From the IMG/VR virus record IMGVR_UViG_3300009068_000031, positions 1 through 64,000 of that record: a stretch of DNA of 64,000 nucleotides. The stretch is one strand, 5' to 3'. Position 1 is the first letter of the stretch. The number at the start of each line of letters is the position of its first letter. The DNA comes from an uncultured virus (IMG/VR IMGVR_UViG_3300009068_000031). Its lineage: Duplodnaviria > Heunggongvirae > Uroviricota > Caudoviricetes. Positions 24,201 through 31,840 of the stretch are shown here, piece after piece. Below the pieces are notes generated by a model. The model was not told where the DNA came from. It saw nothing but the letters and a program-made list of their open reading frames with translations, and searched no databases. Position numbers and translations under genes: made by a program.

Positions 24201-26929
24201 ATCAAAGACCTGCGTTGTTCAGCGAATATGTGTACAGTAACGAAGAAGACAACACAAAATCATACTTGAGAACTCAAGGCAGAGTAACTTTTGAACAACC
24301 ACCAGCATTGGGCAGTGCTATTCAAATTCAATATGAGATAGATGCCAATGTGTTGCAAACTCAAGACAGAGTGAATCATCTATATGAACCTATCACAGGC
24401 ATGTTGGGCAACGATTTGTCTCAACTGATAGAAGGCATAGACTACGGTGGAGTGGAAGTACGCAGCTTGTCATTTGGCGGTGGCACAGGATGGGATTCAG
24501 AACCATATTTTACCACCACTTGGGATACCTATGACACCACTTATGAAGATGAAGTGTTTAGATTGGACGGCAGTACCAACACATTTAATTTGAGTCAAGC
24601 GTTGTCTGCAGGAGCAATCTACAACATCTACAAGAACGGTGTGAGAATAGATGATCCCAACTACGGCACTGCTCAACCAGTAACCAATCCCAACGCATTG
24701 ATGAAAACCATTCAAGGTGATGGATCAACCACAGTGATTCAAATAAATGAACAATTGATACCCACAGTGGCCAATGATGTGATAGTGATACGCAAAAGCA
24801 CCAGTGATGGCAGCTTCTTGCCAGACCCAGATGCCTATGACACACTGCTGCAGGGTGGTGATCTGGCCTACAACACAGCAACAGGAATTTTATCACAAGA
24901 TATCATTGTGGATGGTGATGGATTTGTGACTCCTACCACCAGCAAAGGTCCAGAAGAATTGGTGCCAGGACAGGTATTGGACACTGTGGACATACAGGTG
25001 TATGATAGATCAGGAGAAACCGGCAGCAGAATCAACAGTTACAATTATTTAGGTGATAGCAGCACGTCTGTGTTTGCCATAGACTCATTGCCACAAAGTC
25101 AAGAAGGTGTGTTTGTGAAAGTGAACAATCAGATATTGGACAATTCAGCTTTCACCACAAACTTTGCCAACAAAACAGTAGTATTGAACAGTGTGCCAGC
25201 CAACAATGCTCAAATCAATATTATCACTATGAGCATGAATGGTGAAAAAATTGTGGACACAGATGTATTCACAGGAGATGGCAGCACATTTATATTTGTG
25301 ACCAGAGCAAAATTCAATATCAATCAATCTTCTTTTGTGAAGGTAAATGGACAAACAGCAACTTATGTGTTGGAAGAAACTGACAGTGGTTATCAATACA
25401 CCAACAAAACACTGATAAGATTTGCAGTGCCTCCAGCAGTGGGCAGTGTGATCACTTATGTGATTTACAGCAGCGTCAGCAAAACATTCAGTGAAGTAAC
25501 CTATGATGAATTCACTGGTGACGGTTCGACCATTGTGTATGATTTGAGTCAAACTCCTTTCAACCAAGAACCTTTGACACACAATGTGATAGTGAAAGTG
25601 GGCAACAATATTTTAAATGCTGGTTACAATGAAAGATTCAATGTCACAGCAGTGAGAGAATATGCTCTCAAAAGTTGGCAACAACCTTTTGGTTCAGTAC
25701 TGAGAACTGATGTAAGAGCATTTTTGAATGGTGTAGAATTAAACTCTGTGGAATATCGTTGGGAAAGTGCCAACAGCAGTGTGGTGTTGGAAGCTGGCAT
25801 AGGCACTGTGGGAGACATTTTAAAAGTGTATGTGATCAGTGACGGTGATTATGTGATAGGAGGATCTGGTGGATACACTTTGACTTTGGACACAGCACCC
25901 ACATTGGGACAAACTATTAAAGTTTGGCAGTTTACCAATCATGATGTGTTGCAGATAGAAAGAACAAATTATGATATCATTGCCAGAGACACCTTGGTGG
26001 TGGATTCCAACAATTACTTTGAATATCAAAATCTAACCAACGGTATTGTGAGATTGAGACAATCAGCTGTGGATGCACAGTATGTTTGGGTGGCCATCAA
26101 TGGCACAGTATTATCTCCCAGCGTGGATTACAAAGTGTTCAATGATCAGCAAACATTAAAGATAAAATCTACCATTCAGGCCAATGATGTGATAGATATT
26201 ATACATTTTACCGCACCTAAATATGTGTCCAAATTTGGTTTCAGACAGTTCAAGGACATGCTGAACAGAACACATTACAAACGTTTGGGCAATGACAACA
26301 AATATTATCTTACTCAAACATTGCATTGGTACAGTCAAGAAATATTATTAAGCGATACAGTGGGATTAACAGAACCAAATGTGAGTTTGGGTAGACCAGG
26401 AGTGTTGTTTATTGATGGAGAAAGAATAGAATACTTCTTGTTGTTTGCAGACAGAGTGGGTCAACTGCGCAGAGGCACACTGGGCACAGGTGTCAAAGAC
26501 AATTATGAATCGGGCACTGAAGTGTTTGATCAATCAGCATTCCAAACAGTGCCTTACAAAGATGAAACCATTACCGAAATATTCACCAGTGATGGATCCA
26601 CTGAAAACATCACTTTAAGTTGGATACCTCAGTCAGTGAATGAGTTTGAAGTGTTTGTGGCAGGCCGTAGATTGAGAAAAAACAGCATCCGTAGCTACAA
26701 TGCCACTTTGGGCATGGACAGTCCTGAAGCAGATGTGATCTTACCAGCTGAATTCAGTGTGTCAGGCACATCCACTATCTGCACTTTATTGGTGGCACCA
26801 CCAGTAAATACCAAGATTATTGTGGTGCGTAGGATAGGTAAATTATGGAACAACAGCACTCCTTTGAGTCAAACGGAGAATGACATAGCAAGATTCTTGC
26901 GTGCAAAAGAAGTGAGTTTGCCGCAATAA
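12242..26929 (+). CDS. Giant (4895 aa) virion structural protein, gp7-like baseplate wedge with accessory repeat and adhesion domains
   Basis: Coupled to gp6. Contains a gp7/gpI-like FYQGFLQDKGT motif (~17620-17660), CBM5/12-like repeats, FG-GAP-like propeller blades, NPGxGY/GSGY repeats and GDGST repeats. Confidence 0.65.
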   Translation: MAYDNNQEDFPLPKGNQNTSDRKTSNLLPKYFRTPTNTKFLHSTLDQLLNPGTVEKISAFYGRKTAKAFEIQDNYINEVSDDRQNYQFEPVVVRRDNLNNVVFYKDYVDYINQIKSLSGNVDNHSVLNSQEYYSWNPNIDWDKFVNFREYYWLTSGPEVITITGIQQQIQSTYTVRLADNLDNYAYVLSPDGLTQNATIKLFKGITYRFDIDTPGMPFTIRTARILQDSYLYNEGVDQQNVEQGTTIFTVGVNTPDTLYYVSANDINAYGLIQIDEIIENSEINVEKEIIGKKSFTLTNGLSLSNGMKINFKGNVTPAKYAQNEWYVEGVGESIQLINEQDFAVPNDIADETLESFDDLGFDKNTYDIEDITADSKDYIVIKKNSLDKNPWTRANKWVHKSVLQAVADYKNITLDVNENLRAKRPIIEFDNGLKLYKFGSVAKPYVDVVDTFTKDVFSDIEGATGYNVDGVDLVDGMRLLVTADPDILVKNRIFTVKIINFGGDGDPTNKQISLIEPTDSAPLENEVVLVTNGTVNQGKMFYYDGASWKEAQAKTAVNQTPLFDVFDDEGDSFSNSVKYLSTNFLGNKVFSYRVGTGTNDVELGFPLAYRNVNNVGDIVFDFNLLSETFDYQSQDTLVTQSTDIGFLKRYSDRTTFKYVHGWTKAKNFSKQMVIRQYIASEQVNDFAVDVYNNSGLLNDLILKVYVDNKLLDSNEYQTVSINNILYVQLNNDLNSDQSIILKTHSDAVKNNQGYYEIPINLESNPLNDNLNDFTFGEVVNHVDSIIEQLNSFEGVNPGSNNLRDLGNLTAYGTKFVQHSAPINLSLYHITEKQVNVVKSVSFAQKEYDKFKKTFLQVAENSGFSGTVREHVDEIMKIINKDKNSNMPFYFSDMVPYGAAKKLTFKVYDNSNIYFALSQQFSMAQLNTKAVQVYLNGEQLYHKINYEFNSDNFCVINTALAVNDLVEIYEYESTNGNYVPSTPTKLGLYPRYKPQIYTDHTLINPVDVVQGHDGSIIVAYGDYRDELLLELEKRIYNNIKIEYNKDIRNIFDFVPGEFRNTGYKTSNIDQSMSADFIKWNSMVGTLDYTNNFFYDGSNSFTFNHSHMLSFAGTPLLGFWRAIYKQAYDTDRPHSHPWEMLGFSEQPTWWNTVYGPAPYTSDNLILWEDLQAGVIREPGKKVVYDPRFVRTDLLNHLPVNEDGELLSPINSNYAKNLILTLSSKQFKFGDQAPVENAWRRSSNYPFALLKSMLLNRPAHTMGVNFDASRIVKNITDEIIYTTTKKRITLKDLVFPNSRTDENYVLTSGLVNYISNYIKTDVLTKYADYQNTLTELTQQLGFKVKGFTEKEKFKLLLDSRSPLNQSNVFVPEENYDIHLNSSSPIDVLVYSAVIVEKLPEGFSVKGYDLTLPEFKYFAPIKKQNDSVKKVGGVSKSYVSWISNKVYGAGQIVQYQNQFYQAERDHLSGSKFDSSKFVKLSSLPIEGGITAVFSRNFEKETSVLNYGTVLPTQQHVVDFLLGYSKYLESKGFVFDNFNQKINAVENWNLSAQEFMFWTTQNWKSGAVLSLSPAANKIQLKTSFSVADNVFDNFYDYAVLKADGIKISKEKLSVVRQNNDFTLSVKNTSDGIYFVKIPLIQKEHVVLIDNVTVFNDVIYDFAAGYRQDRIKVIGYVVGNWNGSLNVPGFMYDEVKISEWQPFTDYSMSDVVKYKQFYYSANLNVTGSSTFDFDQWTKLSEKPVSTLKPNFEYKTNQFGDFYDLDTDNFDVEQQKLAQHLIGYQKREYLQNIINDDVAQYKFYQGFLQDKGTKNALEKLFNSLASANKDSIEFYEEWAIRTGQYGAATGFDEVEYVLDEKQFKLNPQPISLTNDLNPIDPDFVYRIKSDETYLKSENYNHNPFPEKNNLEKYIKTAGFVDPNDVDFILKNYDDILSIDTAKLKFDQYVWIGFFKQSWQVYKHIKTDYKVLSVTEANNLVTVVTDLYSNVSVDDIISVSIPQQNSKQLFKVKTVSLDQIVCHKNGNTVLTVNDGSSHGYLGTFVSNKLSNLESINAKAQDSGGFKNNDLFWVEDDNNAEWVTLKNNKVWQNHQQIVNFNTDSMASYGTAMSVDGSNNVMAVSDLNLGIYIYKRGSDSGQFTLRQVIDVPQNIWTGNADFGASLDISADGKYIVVGAPKASQVRSYYKGNYSTITAYDVGDIVKHKEQLWKVVNPVLGQDPSVDFTTFDAASFWSEVEFDAGINAYPTIKQMITGNYSVAGVSTDHLLIRAGSQQYRGSAVGDTLVLYWNNLTTEYPTGNTPFNGTATGIDKTFIDGAHTIQEKVDEIINIDLTLLTPTVGDTLSTEDADGEVVYVFSQGTQSIIYLSNVNGNFADSDQIKLGVFPVGDYTRVIAEDYDLTLAGWWLINIPSPGTVSAQADSKKSLVIRDIIKAGDPRTAFLYFNSLDTQQSQSVLPTIITPASQLSILTYDKQFTISGYSAFTGSIDDSRYLIRAPKAMSDVLPTATYDEVGVWFNTIQTGVPLSVTEPTALDLPFEDLNGVKEIIDVWNGFLRVLAQPDGLGTFYVPTVGDTVQDDATGSQAEVTYVKVVGFNVLQIYIKNKTGSFSVGTDFGPSVNLTLIGTPNRTVGVIQRSELEDAVVGSLFVFDQGSALVPTSNSAYHFINGLEYYLYQDITQDGVSRAASVPSRINRDYEQVFNIPAGLGYTSALTNQGLFLIYERLTNGNYVLTSSYLVPNMNNGTNLGLKTVLRQHNAVTTLYVSSAATATDTGKIYFVKKSSTQNWNLSVDPNYTGLFDISSVYRTNDLIAYNNIIYKSLTNQGPSSFVSTFWQPQTEGIDYQGYVPHDPNDDSTPTLEGDSTINISQLQNFGYTFDVNDSGSVLAVSVIDFIDSSSPTQNKVVIYRLVNGRYQYSQTLISPDSGEDNTDFANAVAVSNDGMFIAVGSPQADQTATDGGVVYVFKQTNGVYVNTQTLTSPQPQTTEKFGTNLDFDGDTLAISSLNGDMEINFSLDTNNTYFDAGATTFNNKLLDTGSIYVYENFNNVFVFADEFSVNDQDLVNFGKNIKINNNHVYASLSNYLNDHSSPYTEGLIFDFRKPNLTQTWNAHKTPVMSVDVDKIKEIFLYNTKNNKLLQKLDYIDPIQGKIAGIAEQELYYKTYYDPAVYTVGISGLSIDAQNSWHKEQVGRLWWDLSTVKFYDANQGNIIFTTNYWNKIFPGSSIDVYEWVESKYLPTEWNNLSDTKQGIVLGISGTTKYNNSVYVSKQVYDFISNSFSNRYYYWVKNKKTLPNIDSRKLSAYEVFQLIEDPKKQGYKFVSLLSKNQFAVNNIDNFLENKDTAINFKIWTIKNQDINIHNEFQLISEGIPYSKPKKEIEAVWFNSLIGYDEQFRSVPDENLSFKYKYGTLRKPRQGWFVNRIEALKQVIERANAVCKTNLITDTRDISRLNEFEESPSTITRLYDLTKDTLADLSFVGTANIEQAVLIPVIQNNKIVDVSIVNPGRGYRVVPTYKIIDSPGTGSGAELEFEINISGQITSVTVNKQGSNYSANTRIEVRKFSVLIQSDSEIGNKWSIHQWDSDLLEWQRILSQKYNVNQHWSYDDWYSVGYSKFTEVNHTVSDSYKLLLINDELGDIVKIENVGTGGWVLLEKIDNQNDVDYTINYKTIGRQNGTVQFSNSLYNFSQSTVGFNSTSYDVTVYDNQPITETRIILETLRDNIFVDELEVEYNKLFFSSLRYVFSEQSFVDWAFKTSFVKAQHNVGELNQRVVYKNDNLSNYQDYINEVKPYKTKVREYISAYESIDNSRVNVTDFDLPATYDPVSKKIVVSYAKVINDQIANSNITSIYPNKHWLDNVGFKVTTIKISNVGSGYLGTPTITITGGGGTGATAKAFVSNGRLTHIQIVDSGSGYLSAPTVNISGSLSTTGVAGQAVAILGDSLIKSTHIRVKFDRTTGTLLISNLTRTETFVGTGNQLTYSLKWPINLKSSKVKVIVNQRPALFSEYVYSNEEDNTKSYLRTQGRVTFEQPPALGSAIQIQYEIDANVLQTQDRVNHLYEPITGMLGNDLSQLIEGIDYGGVEVRSLSFGGGTGWDSEPYFTTTWDTYDTTYEDEVFRLDGSTNTFNLSQALSAGAIYNIYKNGVRIDDPNYGTAQPVTNPNALMKTIQGDGSTTVIQINEQLIPTVANDVIVIRKSTSDGSFLPDPDAYDTLLQGGDLAYNTATGILSQDIIVDGDGFVTPTTSKGPEELVPGQVLDTVDIQVYDRSGETGSRINSYNYLGDSSTSVFAIDSLPQSQEGVFVKVNNQILDNSAFTTNFANKTVVLNSVPANNAQINIITMSMNGEKIVDTDVFTGDGSTFIFVTRAKFNINQSSFVKVNGQTATYVLEETDSGYQYTNKTLIRFAVPPAVGSVITYVIYSSVSKTFSEVTYDEFTGDGSTIVYDLSQTPFNQEPLTHNVIVKVGNNILNAGYNERFNVTAVREYALKSWQQPFGSVLRTDVRAFLNGVELNSVEYRWESANSSVVLEAGIGTVGDILKVYVISDGDYVIGGSGGYTLTLDTAPTLGQTIKVWQFTNHDVLQIERTNYDIIARDTLVVDSNNYFEYQNLTNGIVRLRQSAVDAQYVWVAINGTVLSPSVDYKVFNDQQTLKIKSTIQANDVIDIIHFTAPKYVSKFGFRQFKDMLNRTHYKRLGNDNKYYLTQTLHWYSQEILLSDTVGLTEPNVSLGRPGVLFIDGERIEYFLLFADRVGQLRRGTLGTGVKDNYESGTEVFDQSAFQTVPYKDETITEIFTSDGSTENITLSWIPQSVNEFEVFVAGRRLRKNSIRSYNATLGMDSPEADVILPAEFSVSGTSTICTLLVAPPVNTKIIVVRRIGKLWNNSTPLSQTENDIARFLRAKEVSLPQ

Positions 26930-26932
26930 ATA
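26925..26932 (+). promoter_or_regulatory. Late promoter (AATAAATA) overlapping the stop of the giant gene
   Basis: TAAATA at 26927-26932, followed by SD AAAGGA and ATG at 26952. Confidence 0.55.
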
Positions 26933-26951
26933 CAATGTACAAAAGGATATT

Positions 26952-27557
26952 ATGATAGATAAATTCAAAGAATACAACGGCACATTGATACAAGGACATA
27001 TCAAAATACACGACCCAAAAACAGGTGAAATATTGGTGAACAAACGCAATGCTATTCACTATGAAAACATGAGCATAGCAATGGCAGAAAGTTTGGCCAA
27101 TGAAGGTCAGGGATTTATCAATTCCATGGTGTTTGGTACCGGAGGTACCTATATTGATCCCACAGGTATCGTGACCTATCTAACTCCCAACAGCACAGGA
27201 ACCAACGCTGCATTGTACAATCAAACATTCAGCAAAGTGGTGGATGATCGTTCAGTGAGCAACACTGATCCAGTGAGAAATAAAATTGAAACACGTCACG
27301 TGAATGGAACCAACTACACAGATATTTTAGTCACATGTTTATTGGACTATGGTGAGCCCAGCGGTCAAGATGCAGTGGATGCAGCCACAGGCACAGAAAG
27401 TTTATATGTGTTTGATGAATTAGGATTAAGAAGTTATTCCAGTTCAGGCACAGGAAGATTATTAACACATGTAATTTTTCATCCTGTACAAAAAAGTTTA
27501 AACAGATTAATACAAATAGATTACACAGTTAGAATACAAAGCCTTTCAGGAGTTTAA
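26952..27557 (+). CDS. Putative baseplate/tail-fibre attachment protein
   Basis: FDELGL...GRLLTHVIFHPVQKS..LIQIDYTVRI resembles fibre-attachment (DUF3751/P2 gpH N-terminal-like) domains; lies between baseplate and fibre genes. Confidence 0.45.
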   Translation: MIDKFKEYNGTLIQGHIKIHDPKTGEILVNKRNAIHYENMSIAMAESLANEGQGFINSMVFGTGGTYIDPTGIVTYLTPNSTGTNAALYNQTFSKVVDDRSVSNTDPVRNKIETRHVNGTNYTDILVTCLLDYGEPSGQDAVDAATGTESLYVFDELGLRSYSSSGTGRLLTHVIFHPVQKSLNRLIQIDYTVRIQSLSGV

Positions 27558-27564
27558 TAGATAG

Positions 27565-29583
27565 ATGGCATACACAGTAAATTTTACAGATGTGGTAGGC
27601 AAAGGCAGTCTCACAGTGGATGACGGCACAGTCAATCAACAAACCAGTCTTCCTCTACCAGGACGTAACACCACATCATATGGAACCATCATAGCAGAAA
27701 ATTTTTTACATTTATTAGAAAATTTTGCCAACAACTCAGCTCCAGTAAATCCTGTGGAAGGACAACTGTGGTATGATACCACAGTGGGAGTGGATCAATT
27801 AAAAGTTTATGACGGAACTAATTTTGTTGCTGCAGGAGGATTAAAAAAAGCACCCACTCAACCTTTGGCAGGACAAAGTGTGGTAGGTGATCTTTGGGTG
27901 GACACAGACAATCAGCAATTGTATCTATTCACAGGATCTGGTTGGGTGTTGGTAGGACCAGAATTCAGTCAAGGACTCAGCACAGGAACAAAACCTTACA
28001 CCATCACAGGCACAGACAATTTAGAATACACAGTGGTATTGATTGAAGTGGAAGCCAAGCCAGTGGCAATAATTTCCACAAAAAGTTTCACACCCAAAGC
28101 CTCTATCACAGGATTCAGCAGCATACTGCCAGGATTCAATCTCAGTTCGGCTGACATTGAAGGATCAGGAGTGGGAAAATTTTATGGCACATCACAAAAA
28201 GCAGAATCTTTGATAGCAGCCAACAGTGAAGTGGTAGCAGGATCGAATTTTTTAAGAAAAGACAAAGCCAACATTGCTGATTTTTCATTGAAAATTAACA
28301 ACAATGCAGGTTTGGATGTGGGTAACACTGCCATATTCAATCTGGGAGTGGAAAGTCAAGCAGCAGTATTCAGTCATAGAACTTCAGGAGCCAACATTGA
28401 TTTTAGAGTGAATGATGCTGGCACAACCAAAACAGTATTGAGATTGGATTCCAACACCAACGTGGGTATCAATAATTTAGCACCCAGTGAAGCATTGGAT
28501 GTCACAGGCAATATCAAAGCCAGTGGCGAATTGTATGTGGATGCCGTGACAGACAGTGTCAGCGTGGGCACAGGAGCGTTGATTGTAAAAGGTGGAGTGG
28601 GCATTGCCAAACAATTGCGTGTGGGTGATACTGCAACTTTTGAAGATGATATCACAGTGAGAAATATTATAACAGTGAACAATAATACCTATGACATAGG
28701 CACTGTGACAAACAGATTTTTAAACGTTTATGCCAATTCATTTGTGGGCAACCTAGTAGGTAACGTGAGCGGTACAGTGAGTGGAGCAGCTGGAACCAGT
28801 AATAAACTTACCAGTCAGACCACTTTTCAAATGTCAGGAGATGTGAGTGCTCCAAGTTTTACTTTTGATGGACAAACTGGAGGCACAGTAAAAACTTTTG
28901 CTACCAGCATCAGTAATGGATTTATAGCCAGCAAAACTGCCACAGGCACCAGTCAAAACAGCGATGAATTTATTTTAAACAGAGTCAGTGGTACCACAGG
29001 CGTTTTTAAAATCAGTAGAGACAATCTATTTGATGCCATTGCTAAAATACCCACAGGTATGATCACACCGTTTGGTGGATCCTCAGCACCCACACATTGG
29101 TTGTTGTGTGATGGCACAGAATATGTGATAGGCACTTATCCAGAATTATACGCAGTGATAGGTTCGTCGTTTGGCGTAGCTACAGCAGGATATTTTCGAA
29201 CTCCAGATTTACGAGGCCGTATGCCTCTGGGCAAAGACAACATGGGCGGAACCAGTGCCAACAGAGTCACTGCCACAGCAGCAGACAGTGTGGGCGGATT
29301 TGGTGGTGATGAAAGCAAAGTGATTCCAGTGACCAACTTGCCTGATCACGAACACGATTTACAAGGAGCAGCAGGTGCTCAATACTATGCTGTTAGAGAT
29401 GTGCCGGGCATAGGCGCAGGAGAAACCACAGCAATCACGTATGACGCTCCCACAGGATCAGGTCAAGGATCTGCACTGCCCAGCAGCGGAGGTGTTTTGT
29501 CAGGATCTTTGGGCAATGCTCAGGATGTTATGAACCCATTCACCACAGTGAACTATATTATCTACACAGGACAGAGCAACTAA
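27565..29583 (+). CDS. Tail fibre protein with C-terminal phage tail-collar domain
   Basis: N-terminal ENFLHLLENFA...GQLWYD module shared with the next two genes. C-terminal PTGMITPFGG..AP..WLLCDG...YPELYAVIG..FRTPDLRGR is a tail-collar motif. Confidence 0.8.
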   Translation: MAYTVNFTDVVGKGSLTVDDGTVNQQTSLPLPGRNTTSYGTIIAENFLHLLENFANNSAPVNPVEGQLWYDTTVGVDQLKVYDGTNFVAAGGLKKAPTQPLAGQSVVGDLWVDTDNQQLYLFTGSGWVLVGPEFSQGLSTGTKPYTITGTDNLEYTVVLIEVEAKPVAIISTKSFTPKASITGFSSILPGFNLSSADIEGSGVGKFYGTSQKAESLIAANSEVVAGSNFLRKDKANIADFSLKINNNAGLDVGNTAIFNLGVESQAAVFSHRTSGANIDFRVNDAGTTKTVLRLDSNTNVGINNLAPSEALDVTGNIKASGELYVDAVTDSVSVGTGALIVKGGVGIAKQLRVGDTATFEDDITVRNIITVNNNTYDIGTVTNRFLNVYANSFVGNLVGNVSGTVSGAAGTSNKLTSQTTFQMSGDVSAPSFTFDGQTGGTVKTFATSISNGFIASKTATGTSQNSDEFILNRVSGTTGVFKISRDNLFDAIAKIPTGMITPFGGSSAPTHWLLCDGTEYVIGTYPELYAVIGSSFGVATAGYFRTPDLRGRMPLGKDNMGGTSANRVTATAADSVGGFGGDESKVIPVTNLPDHEHDLQGAAGAQYYAVRDVPGIGAGETTAITYDAPTGSGQGSALPSSGGVLSGSLGNAQDVMNPFTTVNYIIYTGQSN

Positions 29584-31811
29584 TGAGTTATAAAATTAAC
29601 AAAACAGATGGCACTTTATTGGTGGATTTGATTGACGGTACAATCAACACAGAATCGTCGGACATCACACTGATAGGAAGAAACTACAAAGGATTTGGAG
29701 AACTGATCAACGAAAACTTTGTGAAGATGCTGGAAAATTTTGCCAGTTCTTCTGCTCCTGCAAATCCTTTGCGTGGACAGTTGTGGTATGACACATCAGA
29801 AAATAGATTGAAAGTCTACAATGGCACAGAATTCAGCACCAATGGTATCATAGTGAGTTCCACACAGCCCAATCTAGCTGCTGGAGATATATGGATAGAC
29901 AGTTTGAACAACCAGATGAAATTTTTTGATGGTTCAGACTTGGTTTTAGTTGGTCCTATCTTCACAGAAAGCCAAGGTGTGAGTGGATTTGTTACAGAAT
30001 CTAAATTGGACACACAAAATCAAACCAGAACCATACTGAAATTTTTTGTGGGCAACACATTGATAGGAGTATGGAGTGCGGTAGAATTTACTCCAGTAAT
30101 CAGTCAATTGATTTCAGAATTGGTGTCAGGCAGTAATCCCACAGGAATAATTTATCAAGGATTTAATTTAACCAACACAGCATACAAATACAGAGGCATT
30201 GCTCTCAAAGCAGAATCATTGATAGATGGTCTGGGCAATACCATAATGGCTGATTCATTGCTGAGATCTGATGCCAATGACATCACCACTGGCACTTTAA
30301 AAATTCAAAACAACGGCGGACTCACCATAGGATTGAACGACAATCTAACTTTGAAATATGGCAGTGTGAGTTTGCCCAATGCTAGCATTATTAAAAATAA
30401 TGTGAGTGAATCAGACATATCAATCAATGTGTCAAATCCAGCAGAGGTATCAGCTGTGTACATAGATGCCACCACATACACCACATCTTTGACCACCAGC
30501 ACTGGCAGAGTGGGAATATTCAATACCACACCCACAAGAACTTTGGACATTGCAGGTGATGTGAGAATTCAAGGCAATTTAAACATTGAAGGCACAGGCA
30601 CGTCAGCCATTGTGGAAGATCTTAGAGTGGAAGATAAAACCATTGAACTGGCCACTATCACTGGAACACCTTTGGGCAATGACTCATATGTGTCAGGTGG
30701 GGGTATTGTATTAAAATCATCAGTGACTGATAAAACACTATTATGGCAATCAGGTACCACTGCTTGGAGCAGTTCAGAACACGTAAATTTAGCCACAGGC
30801 AAAGAATACAAAATAAATGGCGTCACAGTGCTGTCAGCCACTGCATTGGGATCAACCATTGCCAGTGCTCCAGGATTGACATCGCTGGGTACTTTAACAG
30901 GACCTTTGAATGTGGACAATTTAAGATTGCAAGGTATCACTCTGAGCAGCCAAAGTGGACAAAATTTACAATTACAAGCAGCCACAAATATAATTTCTAT
31001 TCAAGGTTCTGCTAGAATCACTGGATTAGGAACACCTACAGCTGCCACAGATGCAGTGAGAAAAGATTATGTGGATGGTTACTTGCCTATCAGTCTAGTG
31101 GCAGACATCACAGGATTTTCCGTATTGTCAGGTGGAGTGAATGGCAGTATTATAAGATTATTATCAGACTTGTATCCACCTGCAGGATATGCTGGAGCAG
31201 GATTGGGCATACCAGCCAGTGCTGCAGGCAGAATAGCCAGAGTACACACAGTGGAATTTGGATCTTTAACAGTGAATATTCCAGGAGCCAACATTGAATC
31301 AGCTCTGGATGAATCTTTCACAGCAGTGGATCAAACATTGAGTGCTGCTCCCAACACAGTGCAGACCATTCAAACATATCTCAGTGGTGCTGCTCTGTTG
31401 GATCCAGGCCATATACGTATCACCACACCATCAGGACATTTTTATGAAGTGGGCAACACAGTGACCATCACTGGAAGTTCAGGCACAGGAGTATTTGCTC
31501 CCACAGGATTTGATGGCACTTACACTGTGGCCAAAGTGATTGAAAACGCCATTCCCAGCACACAATTTGACATCAACATTTCAGCCACTATTCCTACTAT
31601 TGATGCAGTATCAGGTGCATTGTACACATCCAGCAGTGCTGCAGTGACCAGAACACCAGCAGTAGGTAATTCCAACAAAACTGTGCTGCAAGATGTGGCT
31701 TTTGGCCCTGTTACAGGAGCAGTTAGCACCACTGTTAGCAGAGCATTAAAACAATTCATAGTTTCAGGTGGAGCTTGGACTTTCCACAGCAATTTAACAT
31801 CAACCGTTTAA
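29583..31811 (+). CDS. Tail fibre protein (paralogue 2)
   Basis: Same N-terminal module (ENFVKMLENFA...GQLWYD). Fibre motifs VGIFNTTP..TLDIAG and PTAATDAVRKDYVD. Confidence 0.7.
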   Translation: MSYKINKTDGTLLVDLIDGTINTESSDITLIGRNYKGFGELINENFVKMLENFASSSAPANPLRGQLWYDTSENRLKVYNGTEFSTNGIIVSSTQPNLAAGDIWIDSLNNQMKFFDGSDLVLVGPIFTESQGVSGFVTESKLDTQNQTRTILKFFVGNTLIGVWSAVEFTPVISQLISELVSGSNPTGIIYQGFNLTNTAYKYRGIALKAESLIDGLGNTIMADSLLRSDANDITTGTLKIQNNGGLTIGLNDNLTLKYGSVSLPNASIIKNNVSESDISINVSNPAEVSAVYIDATTYTTSLTTSTGRVGIFNTTPTRTLDIAGDVRIQGNLNIEGTGTSAIVEDLRVEDKTIELATITGTPLGNDSYVSGGGIVLKSSVTDKTLLWQSGTTAWSSSEHVNLATGKEYKINGVTVLSATALGSTIASAPGLTSLGTLTGPLNVDNLRLQGITLSSQSGQNLQLQAATNIISIQGSARITGLGTPTAATDAVRKDYVDGYLPISLVADITGFSVLSGGVNGSIIRLLSDLYPPAGYAGAGLGIPASAAGRIARVHTVEFGSLTVNIPGANIESALDESFTAVDQTLSAAPNTVQTIQTYLSGAALLDPGHIRITTPSGHFYEVGNTVTITGSSGTGVFAPTGFDGTYTVAKVIENAIPSTQFDINISATIPTIDAVSGALYTSSSAAVTRTPAVGNSNKTVLQDVAFGPVTGAVSTTVSRALKQFIVSGGAWTFHSNLTSTV

Positions 31812-31819
31812 GATAAATA
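31812..31819 (+). promoter_or_regulatory. Late promoter (GATAAATA)
   Basis: Intergenic TAAATA followed by an AGAGGA SD and ATG at 31841. Confidence 0.55.
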
Positions 31820-31840
31820 AACTTGTAAGAGGAAAAAAAT

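Noticed and set aside
12242..26929. Intein or group I intron explaining the giant ORF
   Set aside because: No intein splice motifs, homing-endonuclease motifs or frame breaks were recognised; the length is explained by structural repeats.
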